This document shows, piece by piece, positions 47,067 through 57,533 of a DNA stretch of 64,000 nt. The notes beneath the pieces were generated by a model. It ran no database searches. It was not told the DNA's origin and worked only from the letters and a program-made list of their open reading frames with translations. The stretch spans positions 160,001 to 224,000 of IMG/VR virus record IMGVR_UViG_3300011242_000002; one strand, written 5' to 3'. The position numbers and the translations under genes were made by a program. Source of the DNA: a virus (Duplodnaviria > Caudoviricetes). The stretch's first letter is position 1. Every line of letters starts with the position of its first letter.

Positions 47067-48557
47067 ATGAGTTTCGGTAACATGCAAGGCGCGTTCGTGG
47101 AAAAAGGTATGTTCTGTCGCACCGCAACCTACAATCCACAGTACATCCGCCCTCTCCACGGTAACTTCGGCCAAAACGTGCCCATGCTCATGGAGGTCAC
47201 CGCCGGCGGTGATTTCAGCCGTGAGCGTTTAGCACCGATTGCGGCGACCTCGTTAACCTTAAGCACCCAGATTGAAAAGGAAGCGCCGATCTTAGGCGGT
47301 TGGAATCAGGAACGCTGCCTGTTTGCACTGAAGATCGTGCATCAGCAGAACCACGCCGGTACCATCCGTACCGTGCAATACCTGATGGGTTACACCGATT
47401 ACATGGGTATCGGCGGTAACTTCGGGATGGTCACCAACGGTCCGCTGCCAATTGATCCTAACATGCGCCTGTACTTCAACAGCAGCCTGATGTTCCAGGA
47501 GCTCACCACGGTCAACGGTCACGGTATCCAGGAAACCAACATCGTTCCCCTGGAGTCCAGCCAGCTGTTAACCGGCACCCAGGCCAGCCTGTACGGCCCG
47601 TCCACTTACACCATGCGCCCGGAAGACGTGTACAGCATGATGCACACCCAGGAAATGGTGCTGTCTGCGGATCGCTATAGCAACGCAAACGGTGGGCAGC
47701 GAATGACAGTGCAGGATGGTCGAATGATGTTCCAGGCCGGGCAGCCAATTAAGAAGTCAGCGCGCACCAACCTGATTCCCTCCCACTATCTGTCGAAACT
47801 GCTGACCAACACCAGCAACATCGTCAGCACCTACCAGCAGGAGCAGTCAACCAACCAGGAGATGGCTAACCGTATCTCCAGCTCGCTGACCGAAGGTTAC
47901 ACCAACAACGACCAAACGTTGTCGATGTTCCTGTCCCGTACCGGACTGATGGAAAACGGTTCTATCACCTACGGTGAACTGTGCCAGATCTTCCCGAACA
48001 CCGACAGCACCGTTGCCCGCGTGGGGATGGAATCGCAAAAGGTGCAGGGGGCGTTTGGTACCGACAGCGAATACATGCACGGTGCCAGCTGGGAGCTGAT
48101 CGTCGCACAGATGCTGCAGAACGTCACCACCGCCTTGGCGATGGAAGCATCACTTAGCCGCGTGGTGCTGCGTGGTGATAACTATACCGCCTACGACCCG
48201 CTGACCGGTTTGCCGGCGGGGCATTTCCGTATCGAAGCCCTGGGTGGTGAATCTTTCATTAACGGTAAGGATGTCATTTACGCCTGTGAGCAGATTAAGG
48301 CTCGCCTCATTACCGAGTTCCTGTCCGGCTTTATGGGACACCAGTACGTCGCCCTGGCCTTCACTATCGACATTAACATGTACGGTGAAAGCTCGGTGCA
48401 TATTGCCTACGGCGATTCTAAACAGATGACCCGTTACGTCACTCCGATGTTCAGTGACGCGTTGTTCTCGCCAGTGCTGACCGAAAATCGCGCTACACTG
48501 GCTGGCCTCTCTAAAGAAACCCGTAGCATGACCCACGGTCTGTTTAACGTCTTATAA
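47067..48557 (+). CDS. picA: PicA/Imp1-like nuclear import factor (phiKZ gp69-like)
   Basis: 496 aa; GW...R..F, GYTD, IDPNMRLYFNS, RPED, P.FSDALFSPV; synteny. Confidence 0.7.
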   Translation: MSFGNMQGAFVEKGMFCRTATYNPQYIRPLHGNFGQNVPMLMEVTAGGDFSRERLAPIAATSLTLSTQIEKEAPILGGWNQERCLFALKIVHQQNHAGTIRTVQYLMGYTDYMGIGGNFGMVTNGPLPIDPNMRLYFNSSLMFQELTTVNGHGIQETNIVPLESSQLLTGTQASLYGPSTYTMRPEDVYSMMHTQEMVLSADRYSNANGGQRMTVQDGRMMFQAGQPIKKSARTNLIPSHYLSKLLTNTSNIVSTYQQEQSTNQEMANRISSSLTEGYTNNDQTLSMFLSRTGLMENGSITYGELCQIFPNTDSTVARVGMESQKVQGAFGTDSEYMHGASWELIVAQMLQNVTTALAMEASLSRVVLRGDNYTAYDPLTGLPAGHFRIEALGGESFINGKDVIYACEQIKARLITEFLSGFMGHQYVALAFTIDINMYGESSVHIAYGDSKQMTRYVTPMFSDALFSPVLTENRATLAGLSKETRSMTHGLFNVL

Positions 48558-48567
48558 GGAAAATCTC

Positions 48568-50082
48568 ATGGAACTGCTGCAACACTATAAAAGCTTTATC
48601 GAATCCGACACCCAGAACTTCGTGGACGAACGTGGTCATGTGATGCGTCACGCAGCCGATGGCCCGAAACCCATCATGAAAGACGGGAAGGAGGTGGTGC
48701 TGCCAACGCCGGAGTTCTTGAAGAACCCAGACTGGAACCGCTACATGCCTTTCCACCCAATGTGTGAATCCATCGCCCGTGGGGAATCGGAAATCCTGCA
48801 GCTGGCGCAGTCGCTGGTGCGCGTATCGTTGTGGGACAAGACCATCGATGTGGCCCAGGCGCTGCTGCGCGTGGCCTCGGACCCGAATCTGCAGACCAAG
48901 CTGACGCCGTCACAGCAAAAGCTGTTGCAGCCGATCTCCGATGCCGATGCGGTCACCCAGGAAAACTTCGGTAAGATCATCGCGCGCTCGCGTCATGACT
49001 ACAGCGACGGGATTGATCGTCGTATCATCGCGATCTTCTTAAAGCGTGGTGGTTCACAGGACGGTCAGCACTACTCGCGTATGTTCGTGGTGCGTTTCCC
49101 AATGTACAACGAGCTGTGCAAGGCGGAAGAGGCAAAGGATGCCAAAGAGCGTAAGGTCTTTGACGTGGCACTGCGGGTGAAGGACATTCAGGTGCTGAAG
49201 GCACTGCACGAGGTCATCTTCCCAGGCGATGAAGGTGCGTACACCATTGGGACCAACTCGAACCTGGCACCGTACTACACGGTCCTGCTGAACGGGTATG
49301 CGAACATGGCGCGTCAGCTGAACACCATCATCAAACCGCTCAGCAAAACCATCAAGGACCTGAAGCCGATTGACCTGAGCTGGGATGAAGGGGATTTGAC
49401 GATCTTCCGTAATGCATTGCCGCCGTTACCACACAACGAAGGCAGCGACCCAACGGCAGAACCGGCAGCACCAACCCCACCACAGCCGGTCATGGCCTCA
49501 CCAGCACCGGCACCGACCTACCCTTCTGCTCAACCGCAGCCGCAGCAGATGGCGCCAGCACCGTACGCTCAGCCACACGCTGCACCGACCCAGCCCGCCA
49601 CCCAGGCACCGACCATCGGTACGGCGGATCCGAAACACAGCGCTAACAAGGTTTCCTGGAACGAAGCCACCCGCAATAACCCACAGCAGCAAATGATGCC
49701 GTACGGGCCGCAGGGCATGCCAATGTACCCAGCGCAACCGGGCTACCCAATGCAGCAAGGCTATCCGGCACAACCACCGATGCCGGGCTACCCAATGCAG
49801 CCGCAAATGCCAATGATGCAGCCGCAGATGGGTTTCCAACCGATCATGGCCAACGGTCAGCCACAGCCACCGATGCCACCGGTAAGTCAGCCAGTGCAGC
49901 CGCAGGGTCAGATGCAGTACCTGCCGCAGCCGCAGATGCAGCAGGGCTACGGCATGCCAATGCAACAGCCGATGTATCCAATGCAGCAGATGCCGATGAT
50001 GCAACCGGGTATGCCAATGCAACAGGGTTACCCAATGCAGCCAGGCATGCAGCCAGGGATGCAGTTCAGCTTCGTGCGTTAA
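48568..50082 (+). CDS. phiKZ gp70-like protein with long P/Q/M/G/Y low-complexity tail
   Basis: LPT....FHPMCES..RGES core; about 210-aa disordered C-terminus. Confidence 0.7.
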   Translation: MELLQHYKSFIESDTQNFVDERGHVMRHAADGPKPIMKDGKEVVLPTPEFLKNPDWNRYMPFHPMCESIARGESEILQLAQSLVRVSLWDKTIDVAQALLRVASDPNLQTKLTPSQQKLLQPISDADAVTQENFGKIIARSRHDYSDGIDRRIIAIFLKRGGSQDGQHYSRMFVVRFPMYNELCKAEEAKDAKERKVFDVALRVKDIQVLKALHEVIFPGDEGAYTIGTNSNLAPYYTVLLNGYANMARQLNTIIKPLSKTIKDLKPIDLSWDEGDLTIFRNALPPLPHNEGSDPTAEPAAPTPPQPVMASPAPAPTYPSAQPQPQQMAPAPYAQPHAAPTQPATQAPTIGTADPKHSANKVSWNEATRNNPQQQMMPYGPQGMPMYPAQPGYPMQQGYPAQPPMPGYPMQPQMPMMQPQMGFQPIMANGQPQPPMPPVSQPVQPQGQMQYLPQPQMQQGYGMPMQQPMYPMQQMPMMQPGMPMQQGYPMQPGMQPGMQFSFVR

Positions 50083-50090
50083 GACGTAGC

Positions 50091-50141
50091 GCGGCATAAA
50101 GGTCAGAGGCGGTGTGGGGATGTCCCCACACCTGCCCTCTT
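50091..50141. terminator. bidirectional terminator
   Basis: GCGGCATAA..GGTGTGGGG-ATGT-CCCCACACC. Confidence 0.7.
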
Positions 50142-50494
50142 CATTTTTTGTTAGTGTAGTGCAGCGTGATCAACCCTTTTAAGACGTTATCTGTCTCATC
50201 AATGAGTAATAATCCATCGTGCAGGTAATCCCACTTCATTGGGTCAATGATGCCGTTCAACCGCATGGTTAGCCAGTGCAGGTGCAGCGGTACCGCGTAT
50301 TCCATTAACACCATCCGGAAATCACCCCGGTCGTTATCCTGATCCAGCAGGCTCGGTGCTTTCTCCGCCATGGTGCGAACAGCCCGCTCCCGAAGGATCG
50401 GTAAATGTTTCTCCAACTTGGAACGAAACTCAGGATCGCTAAACAGTTCGTTTTGAGAAAACCTGATTTTACTTCGTGCAGTGATTGTCATCAC
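50141..50494 (-). CDS. conserved small phiKZ-family protein
   Basis: GDFR..L....VP...HW..MRLNG..DP pattern; GGAG RBS on minus strand. Confidence 0.65.
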   Translation of the reverse strand: MMTITARSKIRFSQNELFSDPEFRSKLEKHLPILRERAVRTMAEKAPSLLDQDNDRGDFRMVLMEYAVPLHLHWLTMRLNGIIDPMKWDYLHDGLLLIDETDNVLKGLITLHYTNKK

Positions 50495-50521
50495 AAGGCT
50501 CCATCTTAGAATAGCTTGAGT

Positions 50522-50537
50522 CTATATTATCTAAATG
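50522..50537 (+). promoter_or_regulatory. phiKZ-type early promoter (variant)
   Basis: CTATATTAT-CTAAA-TG. Confidence 0.6.
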
Positions 50538-50570
50538 GAGTAACTAACTCGTTTGTAAGGATGAACCAGT

Positions 50571-52682
50571 ATGACAACCCCAGTAATAGAAGCCAGTGAG
50601 CTGTCGGCAGATATTCTCTCGTCAGTTCTCTCGCTTAACCCGACGGTCCACGGTGACTCCTCACCGCGTTCTGCGATGTTCGGTGGCCACGCCGGACAGG
50701 CGGTGACCATTGAGGGTTCCACCCCGCGTATGCTGAAAACCGGTCAAGAATACGAATACGCAAAAGGCACGTTTAAGATCGAAGCACCCTGTGACATGTT
50801 GATCATTGACGTGATCCAGCGCTTTTCGAAAACCTGGGGTGCGGGCGGTATTCGCTCTAACCCCGAAACCTTTGTCCTGTACGAACGCCTCACCGGTAAA
50901 ACCACCAAGCTGCAGCAGGAGTCGCACGTCTTTGACATCATGCGTATTCCGGCCTACCACACCCGTAACCATGCGCTCGGCTTTAAGTACGTGCAGCATA
51001 CGGTTAACCAGGACCGCCTGCGTCCGGGTGAGCTGGTAGAGAAAGGCACGGTGTTTGCCTATTCCCCTAACCTGACCTCCGGTGGTGATTATAAGTACGG
51101 CCGGGAAACCAACGTGGCGTTTTTATCGATCCCTGAGGTCGAGCAGGACGGCATGGTGGTCACCGAGTCCTTCGCCAACGCCATGGCCTGTACCAAGATC
51201 GAAAGCCGCATTGCCCAGTGGGGGGAAAACAAGATCCTGCTGAACCTGTACGGGGATGCAGAAAACTACCGTCCGTTCCCGGAGATCGGTGATAAGATCC
51301 GTGATGACGGGTTATTGTTCGCCGTGCGTACCATTGAGCCTGGCGTGGGTATCGTCAACCTGACACCGAAAGCGCTGATGGAGTTTGACGACACCTTCGA
51401 TCAGGGCAAGTACGGGGAAGCCGGTGCCACCATCATCAACATTGCGGTGAAGTCGGATCGCATGCGCACCGGTCGCTCAGAAGTCCAGTTCTATGACCGT
51501 CAGGCTGACCGCTATGAGCGTGCCGCCCGTTCCTTCTCTACCCGCCTGCGGGATAATTACGAGAAGCTGGCCCGTGCCCATCCTAACACGCTGCTGCTCG
51601 GTGATGAGCTGAACCGCATGGTAACCGATGCCATTTCGGATACCGGTGGTCTGGATCGTCGCATGAACAGCCAGGGTGAAGTGATCAGCATGGACAAAGG
51701 TGCCCAGATCTACAACAAGGTGCCGATCGGCGACTGGCGTGCCGAGATCACCTTCGTGAAGCGACTGGAAGCCGGGGTGCGCTTTAAGATTACTGACACT
51801 CACGGTGGTAAAGGTGTTATTGTCAAGGTGATCAAGGATGAAGATGCACCGATCGATGAACACGGTAACCGCGCTGACGTGATCATGGACAACTGCTCCA
51901 TCACCAAGCGTATGAACCTGGGCAAGCCGGCTGAGCAGTATATCAACGGGGCGTCGGTACACGCCACCAAGATTGCGCGTCAACTGAAAGCGGCCAACGA
52001 CATGGACGGCGCGTGGCAGCACCTGATGTCGTATTACGAGGCAGCGGCCTACGAACAGTGGGAGCTGATGCAAAACCAGCTGTACGCCGTCAAGGCCAAC
52101 CGTGACCACCACGTCAACTGGGTTTGTGATCACGGTATTGAGCTGTACTGCCCAACCGATCGTAAGTACTACGGGGCCGAACAGATTCGTCGCATCATGC
52201 GGGGTCATGACTTCCCCACCACCCGCGTGCGCTACCGTGCACCTAACGGGGAACTGGTGTGGACCAAGGACCCGGTGGTGATTGCGCCGATCTACATTAT
52301 CCTGCTGGAGAAGATGGGGGAATACTGGGCGTCCTGTGCCATTCCGAAACTGACCCACTTTGGTACGCTGTCAACGCTTACCCAGGTGGACAAGTACTCA
52401 CTGCCGTGGCGTAATACCCCGACCCGCTTTACCGGGGAGTCGGAGATTCGCCTGTTCTTGGCTGCCTGCGGTGGCTGGTTCACCAACCGCCTGCTGTCCT
52501 TTGCGAATACACCAACCATGCAGAAAGCTGCCGTGACCAAGATCCTGCAGGCTAAGGATCCGATGCGCTTGCAAAGCATGATTGATGAGAAGGCCAACCC
52601 ATTAGGTCGGGGTCGTCCGCTGCAGATGTACAAGCATATTCAGGCATGTCGTGGTATTCATTTGGAACGCCGTGCAGCGTAA
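50571..52682 (+). CDS. nvRNAP beta C-terminal subunit (phiKZ gp71-73-like), uninterrupted
   Basis: DSSPRSAM..GQA, EQDG, KITDTHGGKGVI, RMNLG, GESE motifs. Confidence 0.9.
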   Translation: MTTPVIEASELSADILSSVLSLNPTVHGDSSPRSAMFGGHAGQAVTIEGSTPRMLKTGQEYEYAKGTFKIEAPCDMLIIDVIQRFSKTWGAGGIRSNPETFVLYERLTGKTTKLQQESHVFDIMRIPAYHTRNHALGFKYVQHTVNQDRLRPGELVEKGTVFAYSPNLTSGGDYKYGRETNVAFLSIPEVEQDGMVVTESFANAMACTKIESRIAQWGENKILLNLYGDAENYRPFPEIGDKIRDDGLLFAVRTIEPGVGIVNLTPKALMEFDDTFDQGKYGEAGATIINIAVKSDRMRTGRSEVQFYDRQADRYERAARSFSTRLRDNYEKLARAHPNTLLLGDELNRMVTDAISDTGGLDRRMNSQGEVISMDKGAQIYNKVPIGDWRAEITFVKRLEAGVRFKITDTHGGKGVIVKVIKDEDAPIDEHGNRADVIMDNCSITKRMNLGKPAEQYINGASVHATKIARQLKAANDMDGAWQHLMSYYEAAAYEQWELMQNQLYAVKANRDHHVNWVCDHGIELYCPTDRKYYGAEQIRRIMRGHDFPTTRVRYRAPNGELVWTKDPVVIAPIYIILLEKMGEYWASCAIPKLTHFGTLSTLTQVDKYSLPWRNTPTRFTGESEIRLFLAACGGWFTNRLLSFANTPTMQKAAVTKILQAKDPMRLQSMIDEKANPLGRGRPLQMYKHIQACRGIHLERRAA

Positions 52683-52685
52683 GGA

Positions 52686-54659
52686 GTGATGATGCAAACC
52701 TATAACTGGCAAGACCTGCTGGCAATGGACGAAACCCAGCTGTGGCAGCTGGATACCGGCAACAACCCGCTGATTAAAGTCAAGGCGCGGGACAAGGAGT
52801 TCGAGATCCTTGCCCGCCTGGCGATCGTCAGCTGGTACTGCTGGCCGCTGCAGCGGCAGTTCCCGGGGATGGCGCTGGACAAGCGCCACTTCGCCACCTC
52901 TATTCGTCTGTCCAACAAAACCCTGCTCGGGATTCTGACCCAGGGGCTGCGTGATTACGTGGACCTGCATCCGGGGGTGATTGATGTGGTCGATATCAAC
53001 AGCCGCATTGCGCGTGCGGTGAACGACCTTAACAACACCTTCGTGATGAAGATCCCGGAGTACGTGACCACCGCCTCGATGCGTCAGTACATTGAGGTGC
53101 TGGATGACCCGGAGATGGTGGCGGTGCGTCAAGCGATGGAGCCGAACCAGAACTCCATTCGCGAATCGTACAAGAACGGCCTGGGGATCATCAAACGCAT
53201 GGACAAGTTCATCGGTAACCAGATTGCCGAGGACATCAAGCAGGGATCGGTGTCGGACGGTCAGACGTCACAGGTGTTTATTGCGCGTGGTTATCTGACC
53301 GACCACAACTCCCGTATCTTCGTGAAACCGGTGATGGCCTGCTACGCCGAAGGGTTGGGGTCGTTCTACGATGCCTTCGTGGAATCCCGCTCGGCCACCA
53401 AAGCGATGCTGTTCCAGAAGAAGCCGCTGGAAGACTCCGAATGGTTTAACCGTAAAATGCAGCTGGTAGCCCAGGCAGTTCAGCGCATCCACATGAACGA
53501 GGACTGTGGTTCTACCGTCACGGTACCGGTGTTGGTTAAAGAGGGTTGGCTCAGTCGTCTGGCCGGTAAGTACTACTACGCCGACGACAACAAGACCCTG
53601 AAGTGCGTGTCGGATAAGGACGATCACCTGATTGGTCGCATTATTCATATGCGATCGCCAATGTACTGTAACCACGTAGACCGCTCCGGCATTTGCGAAG
53701 CCTGTTACGGGAAGTTGGCCATTAGTCTGCCGTACTTTAACGCCCTGGGTGAGATCGGGAAGAACGAAATCATCATCGGGCATATCAGTGCGACAGAGAT
53801 CGGTCAGGATCTGTCACAGAAGATGTTGTCCACCAAACACCTGGATACCTCTTCGACCACAGAACCGTTCGTGCCACGTCGTCAGGATGCGATGTACATC
53901 ATTGAGGGGATGCGGGATAATGCTGTGCGGTTACACCCCCGCCTCAAGAAAGACAAGGTGAAGTTAAAAGTAAACTTTAACAAAACCACCGCATTATCTG
54001 ATATCTACGTGGCTGAAAATCTGGATGAGGTGGCGACCCGTGCGGGTGGCTTTAATGAAATCGTGCTGGAGTTCGAACGCGAAGAAGGCTATAGCGAAGC
54101 AATTCCTATCCCGACGGTGCAAGGTTCACGTCAGGGGCAGTTTACGGTCGACTTCCTGCGCTTCCTGCAAAAGGCCAACTGGACGAATGCCGAGAAAGGC
54201 TTCATCGTAATTGATCTGTCGACCTTTGACTTCGATTGCGACGTGGTTGAGCTGCCGCTGGTACACCAAGACATGACGGTGTACCAAAAGCAGATCGAGG
54301 CGTTTATTCGTTTCAGCAAGGAATCGGCCAAATGGAAGGGCAAGTTCATTACGCCTGAGGATGCGGGATTAGCGCTGAGTGAATTCTACTCGCTGCTGTC
54401 CGAACGCCTGAAGGTTAACATCGTCCATGCCGAGATGATGCTGTATTCGGTCATGACCCTCAATCCGAGCGGTTATGACTATCGTCTCCCACGGGCGTAT
54501 GAAGATCGTCAGTTCTCCTCCTACCACGAATGTATCGAGTTTCGTTCGTTGTCGGTGCAGCTTCTGTATCAGGAGCAGGCTACCGTAATGATGAAACCGA
54601 CTACCTTCCTGGTAGAGCACCGCCAGTCTCATCCAGCCGACAGCATCTTTGTTGACTGA
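52686..54659 (+). CDS. nvRNAP beta-prime C-terminal subunit (phiKZ gp74-like)
   Basis: ESRSA..bridge helix, DCGS, RSPMYC..GICEACYG Zn site, SQKMLSTKH trigger loop. Confidence 0.9.
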   Translation: MMMQTYNWQDLLAMDETQLWQLDTGNNPLIKVKARDKEFEILARLAIVSWYCWPLQRQFPGMALDKRHFATSIRLSNKTLLGILTQGLRDYVDLHPGVIDVVDINSRIARAVNDLNNTFVMKIPEYVTTASMRQYIEVLDDPEMVAVRQAMEPNQNSIRESYKNGLGIIKRMDKFIGNQIAEDIKQGSVSDGQTSQVFIARGYLTDHNSRIFVKPVMACYAEGLGSFYDAFVESRSATKAMLFQKKPLEDSEWFNRKMQLVAQAVQRIHMNEDCGSTVTVPVLVKEGWLSRLAGKYYYADDNKTLKCVSDKDDHLIGRIIHMRSPMYCNHVDRSGICEACYGKLAISLPYFNALGEIGKNEIIIGHISATEIGQDLSQKMLSTKHLDTSSTTEPFVPRRQDAMYIIEGMRDNAVRLHPRLKKDKVKLKVNFNKTTALSDIYVAENLDEVATRAGGFNEIVLEFEREEGYSEAIPIPTVQGSRQGQFTVDFLRFLQKANWTNAEKGFIVIDLSTFDFDCDVVELPLVHQDMTVYQKQIEAFIRFSKESAKWKGKFITPEDAGLALSEFYSLLSERLKVNIVHAEMMLYSVMTLNPSGYDYRLPRAYEDRQFSSYHECIEFRSLSVQLLYQEQATVMMKPTTFLVEHRQSHPADSIFVD

Positions 54660-54670
54660 GAGGTTTAACC

Positions 54671-56224
54671 ATGGGCAGTATCGCAACCATCACGTTAAGC
54701 AGCCACGGTTTTCGGGTGACTGACTTCAACAGTGACTTTGCGGTTCACCTCTCACAGTTTTGTCGCCGTTTCGTGCAGTGTAAGATCGAAGCCAAGGTCC
54801 ACAACGGACGTAAGACCTTGGTGAAGGTACCCGATCGCACCTTTGCCTCGGCGACCAAGAACCGTAAGGAGATACGGCTTCACCTTAACTGTTTTGAGGA
54901 CTTTAAGCACTTCATGCGGAACTGTGGTTATGCCACGGAGCGTTTTAAGATAGTGCAGTTGGAAGTGCCCGCTGGCCGAGACGTACCGTTTGATTTCACC
55001 AACCCCGGCATTGCGCCCCGGGAACACCAGGTGGAGTGGCTGGATTACCAGCTCAACCTGGACCCGGTGAGGGTGAACACAAAGGTCAATACCCTACAAA
55101 CAGGGAAGGGAAAGACCTTTTGTGCCATCTACCAAATGGTGAAGATGGGTAAACGGACGGTTATTACGCTGATGCCCAAATACATCAACACCTGGTTGGT
55201 GGGGTTGGCGGACTTTGTTAAGCTGCAGCCGGAAGACATCATGGTGGTGCAAGGCTCAATTGAGCTTAATGCTGCCATGAAGCTTGCGGATGCTGGAAAG
55301 CTGACTGCCAAGATCATCATCGTGTCGCTCCCCACCTACCAGTACTTTATGGCTGAGTATGAGGACAACGACGGGGTGATGACCCACTACAATTACACCC
55401 CGGATCATTTCTGGGAGGTAATGGAACCCGGTCTGTTGATCGTGGACGAAGGACATGAATCCATCCATGCCCTGTACCGCTTTGATCTGTACTGTAACGT
55501 GCGCAACAAGGTGGTACTCTCGGCAACGCTTGAGGCCGATGATCCGTTCATCAACGAAATGTATGCGGTGGTCTATCCGAAAGCCATCCGCTTCCGCGGA
55601 GGCGAGTACGATAAGTACATCGAGTCGGTTGCCTTGATGTACGGGTTAACCAGCACCAAGAAGATCAAGTACGCCGGTTTCGGCGGCACCTATTCGCACG
55701 TGAAGCTCGAGCAGTCGATTATGAAGAGTAACCATCTTCTCGACAGCTACGTGAAGTTCATTGGCGATACGGCAGACTACTTCTTCTTCAAGGTGGCCCA
55801 GCCCGGTCAGCGTTTGCTGATCTACTGTGCGACGGTTGACATGTGCATCAAGGTGGTCGCCTACATGCGGCATCGCCACAAGGACGGTGGGTTAGTCATC
55901 AACAAGTATACCCAGGAGGATCCGAAGACCACACTGTATGAATCCGATATCACCATCTCCACGCTGATGTCTGCCGGAACCGGGGTCGATATCCCAGGCC
56001 TGCGCACGGTGCTGATGACGGTGGCCATTGGTTCTAAGCAGAAGAACGACCAGGCACTCGGTCGTTTACGTCGTCTGAAGGACTTCCCGGACGTCACGCC
56101 AACCTTCGTGTATTTCGTCTGTGGGAACATCCGTCCGCACATGGAGTACCACCGTAAGAAGTTGGAGAACTTTGCGAACAAGACCCTGAGTCAGCGTTCG
56201 TTTAACAGCGGCTACTCACTTTAA
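54671..56224 (+). CDS. SF2 (DExH) helicase (phiKZ gp75-like)
   Basis: QTGKGKT, DEGH, SAT, GTGVDIP, QALGRLRR. Confidence 0.92.
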   Translation: MGSIATITLSSHGFRVTDFNSDFAVHLSQFCRRFVQCKIEAKVHNGRKTLVKVPDRTFASATKNRKEIRLHLNCFEDFKHFMRNCGYATERFKIVQLEVPAGRDVPFDFTNPGIAPREHQVEWLDYQLNLDPVRVNTKVNTLQTGKGKTFCAIYQMVKMGKRTVITLMPKYINTWLVGLADFVKLQPEDIMVVQGSIELNAAMKLADAGKLTAKIIIVSLPTYQYFMAEYEDNDGVMTHYNYTPDHFWEVMEPGLLIVDEGHESIHALYRFDLYCNVRNKVVLSATLEADDPFINEMYAVVYPKAIRFRGGEYDKYIESVALMYGLTSTKKIKYAGFGGTYSHVKLEQSIMKSNHLLDSYVKFIGDTADYFFFKVAQPGQRLLIYCATVDMCIKVVAYMRHRHKDGGLVINKYTQEDPKTTLYESDITISTLMSAGTGVDIPGLRTVLMTVAIGSKQKNDQALGRLRRLKDFPDVTPTFVYFVCGNIRPHMEYHRKKLENFANKTLSQRSFNSGYSL

Positions 56225-56284
56225 TGTTGTCTGACATGGAAGCTGGACTTCGGTCTGGTTTCCGTGTCTTTCTTTTAAAAGGGA

Positions 56285-56758
56285 ATGATGATGCATGTGA
56301 TTACTGAAGCTTCTTCCGATATGTCGGTAACTGAAGTTGTAGAAGACGAGTATGTGTTGCATATTGACCCTGCGTTATGTAACGCCGAGGACACCGCCCG
56401 TATCGTCGCCGAAAGAGCCGCCAACGGTAAACCAACGGTGGTGGTGCTGGGAAATGTGGGGCGAACTGAGCAGCTGCTGCTGGAAAGGCTGGAGGCAGAG
56501 GAGGGGGTAGAACGCGATTACTTTGGTCAGCCCCGTGCCAAGCGGGTTGGTATCATAGCGGGGCAGATACATGCTATCAGCACAGGGATGGCACTGTCAA
56601 CTGGACCGGGCTACCCAATGAGTTTCTACGCCGAACCCGTCACCTATTTTGATTACCGTCAACATTTGCGCGATGTAGAAGTTGATCGTCAAACCCGTCG
56701 CCCACCCAAGAAAGCCACCTGTAGCGCCCGACGCCGCGGCCGTAAATTTAAGGGGTAG
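56285..56758 (+). CDS. hypothetical protein with basic C-tail
   Basis: Operonic. Confidence 0.65.
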   Translation: MMMHVITEASSDMSVTEVVEDEYVLHIDPALCNAEDTARIVAERAANGKPTVVVLGNVGRTEQLLLERLEAEEGVERDYFGQPRAKRVGIIAGQIHAISTGMALSTGPGYPMSFYAEPVTYFDYRQHLRDVEVDRQTRRPPKKATCSARRRGRKFKG

Positions 56759-56760
56759 TT

Positions 56761-57096
56761 ATGAACCATGCAGAATCATTAGAAGTGTGCGTGCTGGCTG
56801 TTAACGATCACATGCGCAAAGGTAATGATCGTAAAGCCTCGGGTGTATTGTTGTCTTATATTGAAAAGTGCTTTGCCACCCGTGACCTGGAAGGTGTTGA
56901 AGCCCTCTTAGTGCGTTTTCGGGAAGATGGTTCCATCAACATTACCCCGCGCCATAAGGTCAGTATTCTCCGAGCGTGTCACCGCTATCGTCAGCAGCTC
57001 AAAGAATACAATGCCTGTTTAGCACGCTGGTATGATGATCTTAATGCCGCTGGCCTGGTGCGGTTATTAGCGGGGATCCAATATGATCGAGAATGA
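56761..57096 (+). CDS. hypothetical protein
   Basis: Operonic, helical. Confidence 0.65.
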   Translation: MNHAESLEVCVLAVNDHMRKGNDRKASGVLLSYIEKCFATRDLEGVEALLVRFREDGSINITPRHKVSILRACHRYRQQLKEYNACLARWYDDLNAAGLVRLLAGIQYDRE

Positions 57097-57518
57097 ATTT
57101 TATTGCTGTAAAGGATAATGCCATGACCGACTTCTCTAAAGCCCCGGAGGTGCTTACTCCACCCTCATCGCTTCCTATTATGTTTACCGACGAGCTGTTT
57201 CGCAAGCACCAGATTACCGTGTTAAATGATCGGTTGGGGGTGCTGCAGCCCGGCGTCTTTTACGCGCACTACGGCATTAACCAAGCAGGTTATTTACTGG
57301 TTGAGCTGAACGGTGCACAGGACGAAGCTTATGCCCGCTGGCTGGCCGTAATGGGCGTCCAACAACTGCAGGCGTCGATAACGGAATTCAGCGTCTTTCA
57401 GTGCCTGTCTGCTGATAACGAGGTGGCCGTTGTTCAGCCCAGCCCGCAAAAAAATAATGCGCCAAAGCTGCTGATCTACTACCCAGACGGCGGCTACGAA
57501 ATCAAACACATCCATTAA
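57093..57518 (+). CDS. hypothetical protein
   Basis: ATGA overlap; alternative start at MTDFS. Confidence 0.65.
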   Translation: MNFIAVKDNAMTDFSKAPEVLTPPSSLPIMFTDELFRKHQITVLNDRLGVLQPGVFYAHYGINQAGYLLVELNGAQDEAYARWLAVMGVQQLQASITEFSVFQCLSADNEVAVVQPSPQKNNAPKLLIYYPDGGYEIKHIH

Positions 57519-57533
57519 GAAGGATTAACCCGT

